Shown: positions 24,075 through 37,489, numbered from the stretch's first letter. The stretch is DNA of 64,000 nt from Malacoraja senta (GCA_038087875.1 CM075993.1:6760001-6824000), one strand, 5' to 3'. Notes: generated by a model not told the origin, from the letters alone. Translations and numbers: made by a program.

Positions 24075-27000
24075 TAACTCAGCGGGACAGGCAGCATCTC
24101 TGGAGAGCAGGAAAGGGTGACGTTTCGGGTCGAGATCCTTCTTGCAAGGATCAGTCAGAATAAAGGTTGGTGCTAAACATTGACAAAAGATAAAGATGAT
24201 TGCACAGAGATAGGCGAGTTGAAAACATTATCAATTCATAATTAAAACCGGTGTACGCAGAATAATTGCGTATTATTCTGGCAGAATAATTCATACAAAA
24301 GGCAGAGCAGGAGAGGTTGATGAGACCAGAACAATGATTCATGGGAGTTTCAGCATGAACTTTTCACCTTGGGGAACTAAGATTGACTGCGACCTAATTC
24401 TGCAGTCAACTGCTCTACGCTTTGTGAAGTCGCTCAGAATCTGCATTGTAAAATGACGACATGCAGGTTTATAGGTTATTTGGCTTCTGTAAACTGCCCC
24501 TGGTGTGTGTAATGTGTAGGAAGGAACTGCAGGTGCTGGTTTAAACCAAAGATAGACACAAAATGCTGGTGTAACTCAGCGGGACAGGCAGCATCTCTGG
24601 AGAGAAGGAATGGGTGACGTGTCAGAAGGGTCTCGACGCGAAACGTCACCTATTCCTTCTCTCCAGAGATGCTGCCTGTCACGCTGAGTTACTCCAGCTT
24701 TTTGTATCTGGCCTCACGTGTATGGAGTGGATGCGAAAGTGGGATGACATCCAGGGTCAGTGTGGTCGCAGTGGGCCGAATGGCCTGTTTCCATACTGTA
24801 TCTCTCCATCAATCAATACCTATTAGTATTATAAACTTAATGGTACAATCGACACTTCACGCTGCCTTGGAAAAGCAGCCAACATAATCAAAGACTTGTC
24901 CCACATGGGCCATTCCTTCTTCTACCTGTTCCTGACGGGCAGAAGGCACAGAAGCTTGAAAGCGCGCACCACCAGACTCAGGAACAGCTTCTTCCCCGCT
25001 GTTATCAGGCTTCTGAACGGTCCTTCCATAAGCTAGGGTACTGCCCAATACACTTTTGCCCCATTGTGGACATTGAGGGCAGCACAGCAGTTACGTTGCT
25101 GCCTTACAGCGCCAGAGACACGGGTTCGATCCAGACCAGGGGCGCTGTCTGTACGGAGTTTGTACGTTCTCACCGTGACCGCGTGGGTTTTCTCTGAGAT
25201 TTTCAGTTTCCTCCCACACAGTCCAAAGACTTACAGGTTTGTAGGTTAATTGGCTTGGTATAAAATGAAATTTGGGCCTAGTGTGCGTAGGTTAGTGTTA
25301 ATGTGCGGGGATCGTTGGTCGGTGGCCGAATGGCCTGTTTCTGTGCTGTATCTCCAAACTAAACTAAACTGTTGCGCTACAATGATGAGAACTGCATCCT
25401 GCTCTCTGTCTCTTTCCCATTGCCCGACTTCTTATACTTGAATTTGGCCTCATTAGATTTATGTATAGTATTATCTGATCTGATTGGAAAGGATACAAAA
25501 CAAAGCTTTTCCCTGTACCTCAGTGCCCAGGAGCGGAAAAGACTACAAAAAGTAGTAACCACTGCCCAGTCCATCGTCGGCTCTGACCTCCATACCATCG
25601 AGGGGATCTATCGCAGTCGCTGCCTCAAAAAGGATGGCAGCATCATTAAGGACCCACACCATCCTGGCCACACACTCAGGTAGAAGGTACAGGAGCCTGA
25701 AGACGGCAACGACCAGGTTCAGAAACAGCTACTTTCCCACAGCCATCAGGCTATTGAACTCAAGTCAAACAAAACTCTGAACATTAATAGCCCATTATCT
25801 GTTTATTTGCACTTTATCTGTTTTATTTATTCATGTGTGTCTATATTTATACAATGGTATATGGACACACTGATCTGTTTTGTATTCATGCCTACTATGT
25901 TCTGTTGTGCTGAAGCAAAGCAAGAATTTCATTGTCCTATCTGGGACACATGACAATAAACTCTCTTGAATCTTGACAATAATAAACCTAAACGTGGTAT
26001 TATAAGGCTAATTATTTTTTAACAATAAGGGCATGGGTACTTGATCAAAAAAAGTTAGACCTCTTTCAAATTCTGCATTACAATGATTTCACAATGCTTA
26101 ACAAAGAGACCCTGAGAACACTTACTGTATGTGTAAAGGGTTTATAATTACCATAAAGCAAAGGCATAGGGCTACACAATGGAGCAGCGGTAGAGTTATT
26201 GCCCTACAGCGCTTACAGCGCCTGAGAACCAGGTTTGATCCCGACTACGGGTGCTGTCTGTACGGAGTTTGTGCGCTCACCCCGTGACCTGCGTGGGGTT
26301 TCTCCGAGATCTTCGGTTTCCTCCCACACTCCAAAGACGTGCAGGTTCGTAGGTGGATTGGTTTCGGTATCAATGTAATATTTGTTCCTAGTGTGTTAGC
26401 GTGCGGGGATCGCTGGCGGGCACGGACTCGGTGGGCTGCAGGGCCCTTTTCCGCGCTGTGTCTAAACTTAACTTAACTAAAACTAAAACAGGTAGTGGCA
26501 GGAAACTCTGCGTACAATTCTCCAGCACAGTCATTCATGAGCTGCAGTCTCCAGGGTATAGTCTTGCCTCGTTTAACCCCAATTGCAGGAGACAAACAAC
26601 GAACATTATCTGTCAACAATCACCACTGACATGGCCCTGCCAACTGCAAGAGTACCAGCCACAGAGCTCTTTGTCTCTGCTGCTGAAAACTAACTTGGTT
26701 TTGTGGCCTGGACCTGAAGTATTTCTACTAGAAACTAGAGAGCGGTCCTGAACTACTATCTATCTTATTGGTGACTATCTTTGATCTTGGCTTTATCTTG
26801 CACTAAATGTTATCCCCTTACCATGTATCTGTACACTGTAAATGGCTCGACTGTAATCATATATTGTCTTACCGCTGACTGGATAGCACACAACAAAAGC
26901 TTTCACTGTACCTCGGTACACGTGACAATAAGCTATTCAGAACTGATATTTACTGATTCTCCCTGCACAGATGCTGCCTGGCCCGCTGAGTGTTTCCAGC

Positions 27001-27098
27001 ATCTTCTCTTTTTATTTTTAAAAAAAGGGGAAAGCTGGAAAAAGGCTTAAGGTGGGGGAACAGTTGTGGGGTGAAAAACAGAGCCTGGGTCTCACGCT

Positions 27099-27313
27099 AT
27101 AAACAAAAAGCTGGAGTAACTCAGCGGGACAGGCAGCATCTCTGGACAGAAGGAATGGGTGACGTTTCGGGTCGAGACCCTTCTTCAGACTTCAGTCCTG
27201 AAACATCACCCAATCCTTCGCTCCAGAGATGCTCCCTGTCCCGCTGAGTTACTCCAGCATTTTGTGTCTATCTTCATTTAAACAGAGCATCTGCAGTTCC
27301 TTGCTACATATAA
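27099..27313. mobile_element. Penelope pLTR hairpin element with 11-bp TSD
   Basis: GGTCTCACGCT at 27088-27098 and 27314-27324; intact hammerhead-like core on the minus strand at 27161-27190. Confidence 0.85.
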
Positions 27314-27627
27314 GGTCTCACGCTGACGAACCGGCACAAGTTAGAGGTGGAGTGAGATTTACAACGATCACACAAAGGGCAGGAAAGATGAGATGACACA
27401 AGTCGTGAGGGAACTGTGTGAGAGTGGGTGGCAGAAAGTTTCAGGTGAATAACGAAAGGCAAATCTTGTGGGAGAAGATGAATAATTGTGTGAAATAAAG
27501 AGACCAGAGAGTTTAACTGTCATATGTACTGACGATAGAATGATATTCTAATTTGCAGCAGCATAACAGGCCTGTAAACACAATATGCACAGACAATAGA
27601 TAATTAGGGGAATCAAGGACCAGACAT

Positions 27628-28335
27628 ATGAGAATGGAGCGGCTGGGCTTGTATATTATGGAATTTAGGATGAGAGGGGATCTTATTGAAACATATAAGA
27701 TTATTAAGGGATTGGACATGCTAGAGGCAGGAAACATCGTCCCGATGTTGGGGGAGTCCAGAACCAGGGGCCTCAGATTAAGAATAAGGGGTAGGCCATT
27801 TAGAACGGAGAGAAAAGTTTTTTGTCTAAACTTTTTCACCCAGAGAGTTGTGAATCTGTGGAATTCTCCGCCTCAGAAGGCAGTGGAGGCCAATTCTCTG
27901 AATGTTTTCAAGAGTTAGATAGAGCTCTAAAAGATAGCGGAGTCAGGGGAGAAAAAGGTTCTGACTGTCTCCCCTGTCTATGGTGAGAAGTCAGGAACTG
28001 AATATGGATGATCAGCCATGATCACAGTGAATGGCGGTGCTGGCTCGACGGCCGAATGGCCTACTCCTGCACCTATTATCTATAGGTTCAAGGTGAAGGG
28101 GAAAAGATTTAAGAGGAATCTGAGGGGTAACTTTTTCACACAAATAGTGACGGGTGTATGGAACAAGCTGCCAGAGGAGGTAGTTGAGGCTGGGACTATC
28201 CCAACATTTAAGAAAGTTAGACAGGTACATGGATAGGACAGGTTTGGGGGGATATGGACCAAGCGCGGGCAGGTGGGACCAGTGTAGCTGGTGTGGGCAA
28301 GTTGGGCCAAAGGGCCTGTTTCCACGCTGTATCAC
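27628..28335 (+). mobile_element. Two tandem CR1 3' fragments
   Basis: GDLIETYKIIKGLD...FFTQRVVNLWNS; second fragment RNLRGNFFTQIVTGVWNKLPEEVVEAG. Confidence 0.85.
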
Positions 28336-28859
28336 TCTCTGACTCCATCTATAATGAACAAATGTGGGACCTTGTCAAAGGCTTTTTGAAAGTCCTGATA
28401 CACCACATCCACTGGCACTCCCTTCTCCATTCCACTTGTTACATCCTCAACAAAAAAATCCAACAGATTAGTCAATTCTGTGACCACACGTAAAGTCTGC
28501 AGAAGGGTCCCGATCTCAAAACACCGCCTGTCCATTCCCTCCACAGATGCTGTGAGATCCTCCAGCACTTTGTGTTTTACTCCAGCACCTGCAGTTCCTT
28601 GTGTCTCCATGGCCATGGTCGCTTAAATGAAAGGTGCAGGAAGGGACTGCAGGTGCAGGTTTAAACCGTGGACACAAAAGGCTGGTAAATGAAACTCCAG
28701 CTAAATGTAACGTTATTGCCCTGTTTGTTGCTTGTTTGTTTGTTTTGACGAGTTTCACTGAAGCAATTTCCACCGACGAGCGACACAAACTGCTGGAGAA
28801 CCCCTGCGGGACATGGCAGCATATCTGGAGCCAGGGTTGGTTACTGGGGGCCGAGTTCA

Positions 28860-29095
28860 ATTGTAATTGCCATTTGCATGAATCACAGGCAGCACAAGAG
28901 CTGGGTCTGGGTGATAGTTGTAGTTGGTGAGCTGGGCTGGGCTGGGCGAGGCGGCTGTGGGAAATGCTGCGCAACTTTCCATGCAAGGTTTTCTTTCCCC
29001 CCTCCGTTGAGTTGCTGTGAACTTCCGGGGATTTTCCTCCGGCCCGGGTTGTTGGTTTGAGAGGTTGGTGGTGTTGCCGAGAGGGCGAGGAGGGC

Positions 29096-29141
<46 letters not shown>

Positions 29142-29176
29142 ACCACCGGGTGTCCCGTCCTCTCTCCTCTCTCCCC
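28860..29176 (+). promoter_or_regulatory. GC-rich promoter/5'UTR of the paracaspase gene with immune-type motifs
   Basis: Octamer ATTTGCAT 28872-28879, RBPJ-like TGTGGGAA 28956-28963, ETS ACTTCCGG 29021-29028 overlapping NF-kB GGGATTTTCC 29028-29037; followed by an ATG and a strong donor. Confidence 0.55.
29098..29139 (+). repeat. (CTG)14 trinucleotide repeat in putative 5'UTR
   Basis: Read directly from the sequence. Confidence 0.95.
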
Positions 29177-29219
29177 ATGCCGTCTGGACACGGGCTCACA
29201 CACAGCCCCCGCTCCCCAG
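29177..29219 (+). CDS. Candidate first coding exon 1a of paracaspase (MPSGHGLTHSPRSP+G)
   Basis: ATG at 29177, 43 nt, donor CAG|GTAAGA, phase 1, in frame with the Ig exon at 58823. Confidence 0.5.
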
Positions 29220-29404
29220 GTAAGAGCCAGCCCAGCCCGGCCCTGCACCACAGTGGTATCAACATTGTCTTCGCTAACTTCAAGTAACCCTTGCTTTCCC
29301 TCTCTCGCTCCATCGCTCCCCCTTCCCAGTTCTCCGACCTGTCTCACCCCTTGATTACATTTTAATCTTTGTTTCCTTCGTTGTCAACTTCTCCTCTCCT
29401 CCAT

Positions 29405-30120
29405 GTCCAGCCTCATGCTCTCTCATGTCTGTTTTTCACCCCTTGCCCTTCCTTATCTCTGTGACTCCCTCTCCCTCATCCCCTCTGATGTCTGTTTTTC
29501 ACTCCTTGCCCTTCCTTATCTCTGTGATTCCCTCTCCCTCATCCCCTCTGGTGTCTGTTTTTCACCCCTTGCCCTATCCTTATCTCTTTCTCCCTCTTTC
29601 TCATCCCCTCTGTTTTTCACCCCCTTGTGCTTCCTTATCTCTGTGTCTCCCACTCCCTCATCCCCTTTGATGTCTGTTTTTCACCCCTTGCCCTCCTTAT
29701 CTCTGTCCCTCATCCCTCTCATGTCTGTTTTTCACCCCTTGCCCTTCCTTATCTCTGAGTCTCCCTCTCCCTCATCCCCTTTGATGTCTGTTTTTCACCC
29801 CTTGCCCTTCCTTATCTCTGTCCCTCATCCCTCTCATGTCTGTTTTTCACCCCTTGTGCTTCCTTATCTCTGTGTCTCCCTCTCCCTCATCCCCTCTGAT
29901 GTCTTTTTCACCCTTGCCCTTCCTTATCTCTGTCCCTCTCCCTCATCCCCTTTGATGTCTGTTTTTCACCCCTTGCCCTTCCTTATCTCTGTGTCCCTCA
30001 TCTCATGTCTGTTTTTCACCCCTTGTGCTTCCTTATCTCTGTGTCTCCCTCTCCCTCATCCCCTCTGATGTCTGTTTTTCACCCCTTGCCCTTCCTTATC
30101 TCTGTGTCTCCCTCTCCCCT
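29405..30120 (+). repeat. Pyrimidine-rich minisatellite, about 50-60 bp unit, roughly 13 copies, within a Penelope 3' region (about 29245-30260)
   Basis: Unit atgtctgtttttcaccccttgcccttccttatctctgtgtctccctctccctcatcccctctg; preceded by Penelope SGINIVFANFK* and followed by a pLTR. Confidence 0.85.
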
Positions 30121-32918
30121 GACTCTCAGTCTGAAGAAGGGTCTCGACGCAAAACGTCACCCATTCCTTCTCTCCAGAGATGCTGCCTGACCCGCTGAGT
30201 TACTCCAGCATTTTGTGTCTATCTTCGGTGTAAACCAGCATCTGCAGTTCCTTCCTATACACTAGGACTTTATTCCTTGGAGCTCAGGAGGATGAGGGGT
30301 GATCTTATAGAGGCATGAGGGGGAATAGATAGAATATTTTATAGACACAAAGCTGGTGTAACTCAGCGGGACAGGCAGCATCTCTGGAGAGGAATGGGTG
30401 ACGCTTCGGGTCAAGACCCTTCTTCAGATTTTAAATTATCGTGCCAGTCAACTTGTATGTTTTTTTCCACATCAAAAGAGATTGTTTATGTGCTGAAGTT
30501 CACACATGCATGAACTGTGACCCTCTGTGCTACCAGGGGAAATTCAGTAAAGGTTATACTTGAGCAAGTTCCCCTGAATTGTTAGTGTGGGAAGTTGTTG
30601 GTCGGTGTGGGCAAATTGGGCCAAAGGGCCTGTTTCCATGTTGTATGACTCTGTGACTCTCACATTAGAGCAATGCCCCTCCACTCCTTGGTATTTGCAC
30701 CCTGGGAGAAAAAGGTTCTGACTGTCTGCCCTGTCTATGCCTCTCATATTTCTAACAGGTCTCCCCTCGGCCTCCAGCATTGCCTAGGGAGTTATATATT
30801 CCACACACAGAGAGTTGTGAGTCTGTGGAATTCTCTGCCTCCGAGGTGGTGGAGGCCGGTTCTCTGGATGCTTTCAAGAGAGTGCTAGATAGGGTTCTTA
30901 GGGATAGTGGAGTTACGGGATATGGGGAGAAGGCAGGAACGGGTTACTGATTGTGGATGATCGATCAGCCATGATCACATTGAATGGCGGTGCTGGCTCG
31001 AAGGGCCGAAGGGCCGAATGGCCTACTCCTGCACCTATTGTATATTGTATTGGATCTAAGTGGACAACATTAAGAAACATAGAAAATAGGTGCAGGAGGA
31101 GGCCATTCAGCCCTTCGAGCCAGCACCGCCATTCATTGTGATCATGGCTGATCGTCCCCTATCAATAACCCGTGCCTGCCTTCTCCCCATATCCCTTGAC
31201 TCCACTAATAGAAACATAGAAAATAATTAATATCAACTAAATAGATGATGCCGTTGTTAATTAATCTAAATGACACAGGATTAAAAATCTGATATCAAAC
31301 ACATAGTGCTGGAGTAACTCAGCAGGTCAGGCAGCATCTATGGGGCGAATGGATGGGCAATGTATGGGACCCTTCTAGTTGTAAAACTGAAAGGTGACAA
31401 AATAGGAGAATTTGATGGGCATGTGAGAGGGAATAGGGTACAAGGAAATACAGGGGGGGAATTTGATTGTTCCTCGAGCTGGCGTAAATTAGATGGACTG
31501 AACGGCCTCTTATCTAATAGCAAAGCATGAGAGATCAGTTTCTTCCCAGCTGTTATCCAGCCTATCATCAACTAGAGAGTCGCCCTGACCTACCACCGAC
31601 CTCGGCACGGTGGCACAGCAGTACAGTTGCTGCCTCACAGCGCCAGGGACCCGGGTTCGATCCCGACTACGGGTGCTGTCTGTACGGAGTTTGTACATTC
31701 TCCCCGTGACCTGCGTGGGTTTTCTCCGAGATCTTCGGTTTACTCCAAAGACATACAGGTTTGTAGGTTATTTGGCTTGGTATAATTTAATAAATGTAAA
31801 ATTGTCCCTAGTGTGTGTAGGGATAGTGTCAATGTGCGGGGATCGCTGGTCGGCGCGGACCCGGTGGGCCGAAGGGCCTGTTTCCGCGCTGTATCTCTAA
31901 AACTAAAAACTAGAAAAAAGTTTTTAAAATAAAAAAATGTGTACAGCTGAGAATCAAATATAATCTGTTTGGAGACTTAACTGTTCAATAACTTAATGGA
32001 TTTTGAGAGAATAAATAAGGAGAAACCTTTACCGATGCCAGAAGCTCTGGTGACCAGTTAACATAGAATATAGAACAGTACAGGAACAGGCCCTTCGGCC
32101 CATAATGTTTGTGCTGAACTGATCTCGTCTGCCTGTACATCATCTACATTCCTCTATTCCCTGCATTACTGTGCCTATCTTAAACACCACTATCATATCT
32201 GCCTCCACCACCATCCCTGGCCATGCATTCCACTCCCCCACCACCCTCTATGTGTTCAATAAAGAAATTGCCTCGCACATCTCCATTAAGCTTCTCCTCT
32301 CTCACCTGGGGAAAAGGTTCTGACTGTCTACCCTCTCTGTGCCTCTCGTAATTTTACCGACTTCTATCAAGTTTCAAGTTTCCCCTCTACCTCCATTGCT
32401 CCAGGGAAACAATCCAAGCCTATTGGATCTTTGGGAGGTGGGAGGAAAACGGAGCACCACACGGTCACAGAGAGAACGTGCAAACTCCACTCGGAGAGCA
32501 TCTGTGTCGGGGTCGAACCTGGGTCCCTGGCAACTCTGAGGCAGCGGCTCTACCAGTTGCGCCACTGTGCCACCCTCCCGGGCCTCCCGATCTCACCAGC
32601 AACCTGACCAATATTCGCACCTTAAGTAGCATTGAGACTGATTATTATCTTTGCTTTGCTTAAATTATCGGCTGTTTCTTAAATCTCAATAGTGCCTGCA
32701 CCTCAACATTACACGGGCTGTAAAATGTTTTCAGACTTTGAACGTAGTGAAAGTGTCAAATAATTATTTTTTGTTTTATGTGTTTTTCTTGAACTTTTTT
32801 GCCTTTTCACGTTGATAAAGACTTGTCACGATAAAGGGTTGATAGAGACAAAATGCTGGGGTAACTCAGCGGGTCAGGCAGAATCTCTGGATAGAAGGAA
32901 TGGCTGACGTTTCGGGTT

Positions 32919-33046
32919 CTTTCTTCTTTCGTGTGGCGTGCACAGCCTCAAGTTGTTGGACAACTTGTTCTATTTGATCTTCCGTTTGTGCACGTCGAGT
33001 TGATTGCATTAGTCGAAACAGGGTCAAGGTTGCAATCTTCCACCCC
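32919..33046 (-). mobile_element. Short Ingi/Vingi-like non-autonomous retroelement, copy 1
   Basis: 12-bp TSD acgtttcgggtt/acatttcgggtt; AAG-rich tail; 5' end GGGGTGGAAGATTGCAACC; homologous to 47867-47991. Confidence 0.7.
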
Positions 33047-34346
33047 ACATTTCGGGTTGAGACCCTTCTTCAGACTGAGAGTCAGGGGAGAGGAGACACG
33101 GAGATATGGAAGGGTAAGGTGTGAAGATGAGACATCAAAGGGGGACGAAGGACAAGGAAAATGTAGAATAGATCATTGTGAGCTAGGGGAAGGTGACAAC
33201 GAAGGCATACAAAGAAAAAAAAAATTTTCAGGAGAATTAAATTGAACGAGTCTGAAGAAGGGTGCCGACCTGAAACATCACCTATCCATGTTCTCCAGAG
33301 ATGCTGCCTGACCTGCCGAGTTACCCAGGCACAGTGGGTTTAAAAAAAATCTTGCTGAGTCATTTGTACATAGTCTAAGGTGGGACATGCACATCTTTGA
33401 ATCGGAAGCTGTGTTTTGCTGGTGCATGGTTTTCCTTCATGGTGGGTTGGGACCCCCCTGTTGGCTGGGGATGGGTTAATGGTTGAGAGAGTGTTGCAGA
33501 GTGTTGTATTTTGACGGGCATTTGTGCGCTGTACACCTGGGGTGGGTGACGTTGCACTCTTGCCTTCTGCAGTTGTACAGGGCCCTAGTGAAACCACACC
33601 TGGAGTAATTGTGTTTAAGAATGAACTGCAGATGCTGGAAAATCGAAGGTTAAACAAAAATGCTGGGAGAAACTCAGCGGGTGCAGCAGCATCTATGGAG
33701 CGAAGGAAATAGGCAACGTTTGGGCCGAAAACCTGAAGGAAATAGGCAACGTTTCGGGACGAAACCCGGAAGGGTTTCGGGCCGAAATGTTGCCTATTTC
33801 CTTCGCTCCATAGAAATGCTGCTGCACCCGCTGAGTTTCTCCAGCACTTTTGCCTACCTTTGATTTCCAGCATCTGCAGTTCCTTCTAAAACCCATTAAA
33901 TTCCTGTCCCCTCTGCTAGTAGAAATTGTTAATCCCTCTCTGCAAAAACGCTTTTATCATGGATTGTTTCTGTTATATTACCATTAACTTTCTTTGTTCT
34001 GAGGCTAAAGTGACGCAGCGGTGGAGTTGCTGCCTCACAGCGCCAGAGACCCGGTTCATTCCTGACTACGGTGCTGTCTGTACGGAGTTCGTATGTTTAC
34101 CCCCCGGAACTGCGTGGGTTTTCTCCGGGTGCTCCGGTTTCCTCCCGCACTCCAAGACGCGCAGGTTTGTAGGTTAATTGGCCTCTGTAAATTCCTCCCT
34201 AGAGTGTGGGATGGAACTGGTATATGGGGGTGATCGCTGGTCAGCGCAGACTCGGTGGGCCGAAGGGCCTGTTTCCCCACCGTATCTGTGAAGGAAAGTC
34301 AAAAGTAAACAAAACAATCCTAGCTCCTCCAGCATGTCCATCATTA

Positions 34347-34669
34347 AGGGCTGTCCCACTGTACGAGCTGATTCAAGAGTTCTCCCGAGTTTCCCCTGAT
34401 TCGAACTCGGGAGAATTACGGTAATGGAATGGCCGCTCGTAGGTACTCGGGGCTCTCGTGGACATTTTTCAACATGTTGAAAAATCTTCACGAATCTTCA
34501 CCAGCTTACCGCGTTTCCCGAGTACCTGCCGTTAGCGTTACGAGCCGCTAAGAGACGTCCCCGAGCTCCGACGTACCTGCTACGTACATTCTACGTGCTT
34601 ACCACGAGTTTGATTTTTTTTTAAACTCGGGAGAGCTCTTGAATTAGCTTGTACAGTGGGACCGGCCCT
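34347..34669. mobile_element. MITE subfamily C
   Basis: Near-identical to 23757-24074. Confidence 0.85.
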
Positions 34670-35131
34670 TAACTGTCGGGATTCTCGCCCAGGATCTCTT
34701 CAGTATTGGCTCAATCTCAACTGGACTATTGTGATTGTGGTTTTATCGCGATTCCTTATTTTTGAGCTCTTAAGCCGGTTACAAAGCACAGGATCGACTT
34801 TTCTTTCATTGACTGGTTTTATTGACAACTAAATATGTTTGTTTAGGTTTATTATTGTCATGTGTACAATGAAAGGCTTGGTATTGCGCGCTATCCAAAC
34901 AGATGAGATAATGCTATTGATCAATATGGTGGTGAAGCGGTAGACTAGCTGCCTTACAGAGCCAGAGACACAGGTTCGATCCTGACTATGGGTGATGTCT
35001 GTACGGAGTTTGTATGTTCTCCCTGTAACCTGCGTGGGTTTTATCTGATATCTCCGGTTTCCTCCCACACTCCAAAGACGTACAGGTTTGTAGGCTAATT
35101 GGCTTGGTATAAATGTAAAATGTCCCTGGTG

Positions 35132-35442
35132 CAAGGGTTCCCAACCTGGGTACATGTCGCCTACCCAGGGGGGAAATTTGTTGATTCTGGATTTGTACAT
35201 ATTTTTTCTCATTGACTGACTGTGTTTGCTTCTGGTATACCAGTATCTGAAGAAGGGTTTCGACCCGAAACGTTGCCTATTTTCCTTCGCTCCATAGATG
35301 CTGCCTCACCCGCTGAGTTTCTCCAGAATTTTTGTCTACCTTCTGTTCATCATTAGTTGTTCATAAATAAGTGAAATAACATTGTTATGTGCTATTTAAA
35401 GTTGCCAGGGGACAACGGGATGAAAAAGGTTGGAACCCCTTG
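35132..35442. mobile_element. hAT MITE inside an HE1 SINE, itself interrupted by a Penelope pLTR (about 35245-35343)
   Basis: TIR CAAGGGTTCCCAACCT / AGGTTGGAACCCCTTG; 8-bp TSD ccctggtg/ccctagtg. Confidence 0.85.
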
Positions 35443-36002
35443 CCCTAGTGTGTGTAGGGCTAGTGTTAACGTGCGGGGATCGCTGGTCGGTGTGGACTTG
35501 GTGGGCCGAAGGGCTTCTTTCCGCGCTGTATCTAAAAAATCCAATTGTGTCAAACTCGAGTGTGATTCGTGGAGCAAAGGGGAAGATGCAAAATGCAGAA
35601 TATTGTTCTCAGCATTGTAATACTGCAGTTCCATATAAAGAAGTCCAATGTCCGCAATCGGGTAGTGGTGAATTGCGGCCATTGGACTTTGTTGATGGAA
35701 TTGGTGTACTTCAGCGTGGACTCCTTCCCCGAGTCTTTACCAATATTTATATTCTTACAACTTTGGTTTTCATGGACTGGATGTGTGAATTTTCGATGCA
35801 TGAGATGTGTGAATTGGAGGATCGGGTGCATATGATTTATAGGAATGACATTTTATTGTCACATGTGACAAGTGACGGTGATAATCTTTGTTTGGCACAG
35901 CCACGGTATGCAAAGAGTAGCCACATAAAGGGCGCTGACAGAGTTACAAAAATATGTCAAGTATAGTATGTATGTATGTAGACTTGATGTGAACAGTGCT
36001 TA

Positions 36003-36220
36003 AGGGCCTGTCCCACTTTCACGACCTAATTCACCACCTTTTTACTCGTGGACATTTTTCATCATGCTAGAAAAAACGCCCCGACCTACTTGATACCTAA
36101 GACTAGCATCACGGCCTGCTTCGACCTACCTACGACCTCGTGACGACCATGCTGCGAGTATGAGTCAAGGGCAAACTCGGCAGAGCTCGTGAATTTGGTG
36201 GTGAAAGTGGGACAGGCCCT
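36003..36220. mobile_element. MITE of the same TIR group (subfamily D), TSD TTA
   Basis: tta-AGGGCCTGTCCCACTTTCAC ... GTGAAAGTGGGACAGGCCCT-tta. Confidence 0.85.
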
Positions 36221-37489
36221 TTATAGACAGGATTCGTGAGGTTCGTTTAGTGATACAGCATGGAAACAGGCCCTTCGGCACACCGAGTCCATGCAGACTA
36301 TTGATCACCCGTTCACACTGTCGTCTGCTAGTTTCACTGTTCTTATCCCATCGTTATCACCTCGTCTTTAGCCAGCAATGCATCATTGTGGGCTCCACCT
36401 TGCCTTGGCCAACGGCGCTGACTCTGATTTGTTCTTTTCACACTTTTAACTCATTTGTTCTTTTTACCTCTTCATACCTCTCCCTCTGACTCTCAGCCTG
36501 AAGAAGGGTCTCGACCCGAAACGTCACCCGTTCCTTTTCACCAGATATGTTGCCTGACCCGCTGAGTTACTCCAGCACTTTGTGTCCGTCAGTGTTTGAG
36601 AAGCAGAATAATAAAACAAATAAACATGGGTGTGTGCATCGGTTCTTCTTTTTAATGGGCTGATTCATCAAAAATGAATGCATTGTCACAGTGTTTTCTT
36701 TAGTTTAGTTTAGATATTCAGCGCGGAAACAGGCCCTTCGGCCCACCAAGTCCGCACCAACCAACGATCCCCGCACACGAACACTATTCTACACACGGGG
36801 GACCATTTACAATTTTACCGAAGTCAATTAACCTACAAACCTGCACGTCTTTAGAGTGTGGGAGGAAACCAGAGCTCCTGGAGAAAACCAACGCAGGTCA
36901 CGGGGAGAACGCACAAACTCCATACAGGCAGCACCTGTAGGCAGAATAAAACCCGGGTCTCTAGCACTGTGAGGCAGCAATTCAACCGCTGCGCCACCGT
37001 GCCACTCATTTGTTGCTACAAAATTCTCTTGCTGCAATTTTCTACCTTGAGGTATACGCTTCCCAGCTTACAGAGAGATTTTGTTTGAAATGACTAATGT
37101 TTGGGTTAAAGTGAGTTAAGACTTACTGTAAAGAAGCCAAGGATCTTTGGTCGACATAAACCACTAGGCCAAATAGAAGATGCATTGTTTCTCTTGAAAA
37201 AAAGCACCTTCCCACCATTTTTGTTTTGTGGCATACAATGCGGTCTATTTTCAGATGGTGGTGGGCATGTGTTTTCTTGGATTTAATATAATTTCTGTGC
37301 GAAAGGGAAGCATATTATTTACCCTGTAGAGTATTTCCAGTCATTTATTTTTTGGGGTCGATTTTAGCATTCTGAATATATTTAGAACATAGAACAGTAC
37401 AGCACAAGAACAGGCCCTTCGGCCCACAATGTCTGTGCAAAGCATGATGCCCAGACCTACTCTCCTTATCCCTCCATTCCTTACATATT

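Noticed and set aside
29017..29223. Poly-Leu frame resembling a signal peptide
   Set aside because: Produced by the CTG repeat; the only ATG in this frame (28981) is closed by TGA at 29008-29010, and the phase at the donor does not fit the Ig exon.
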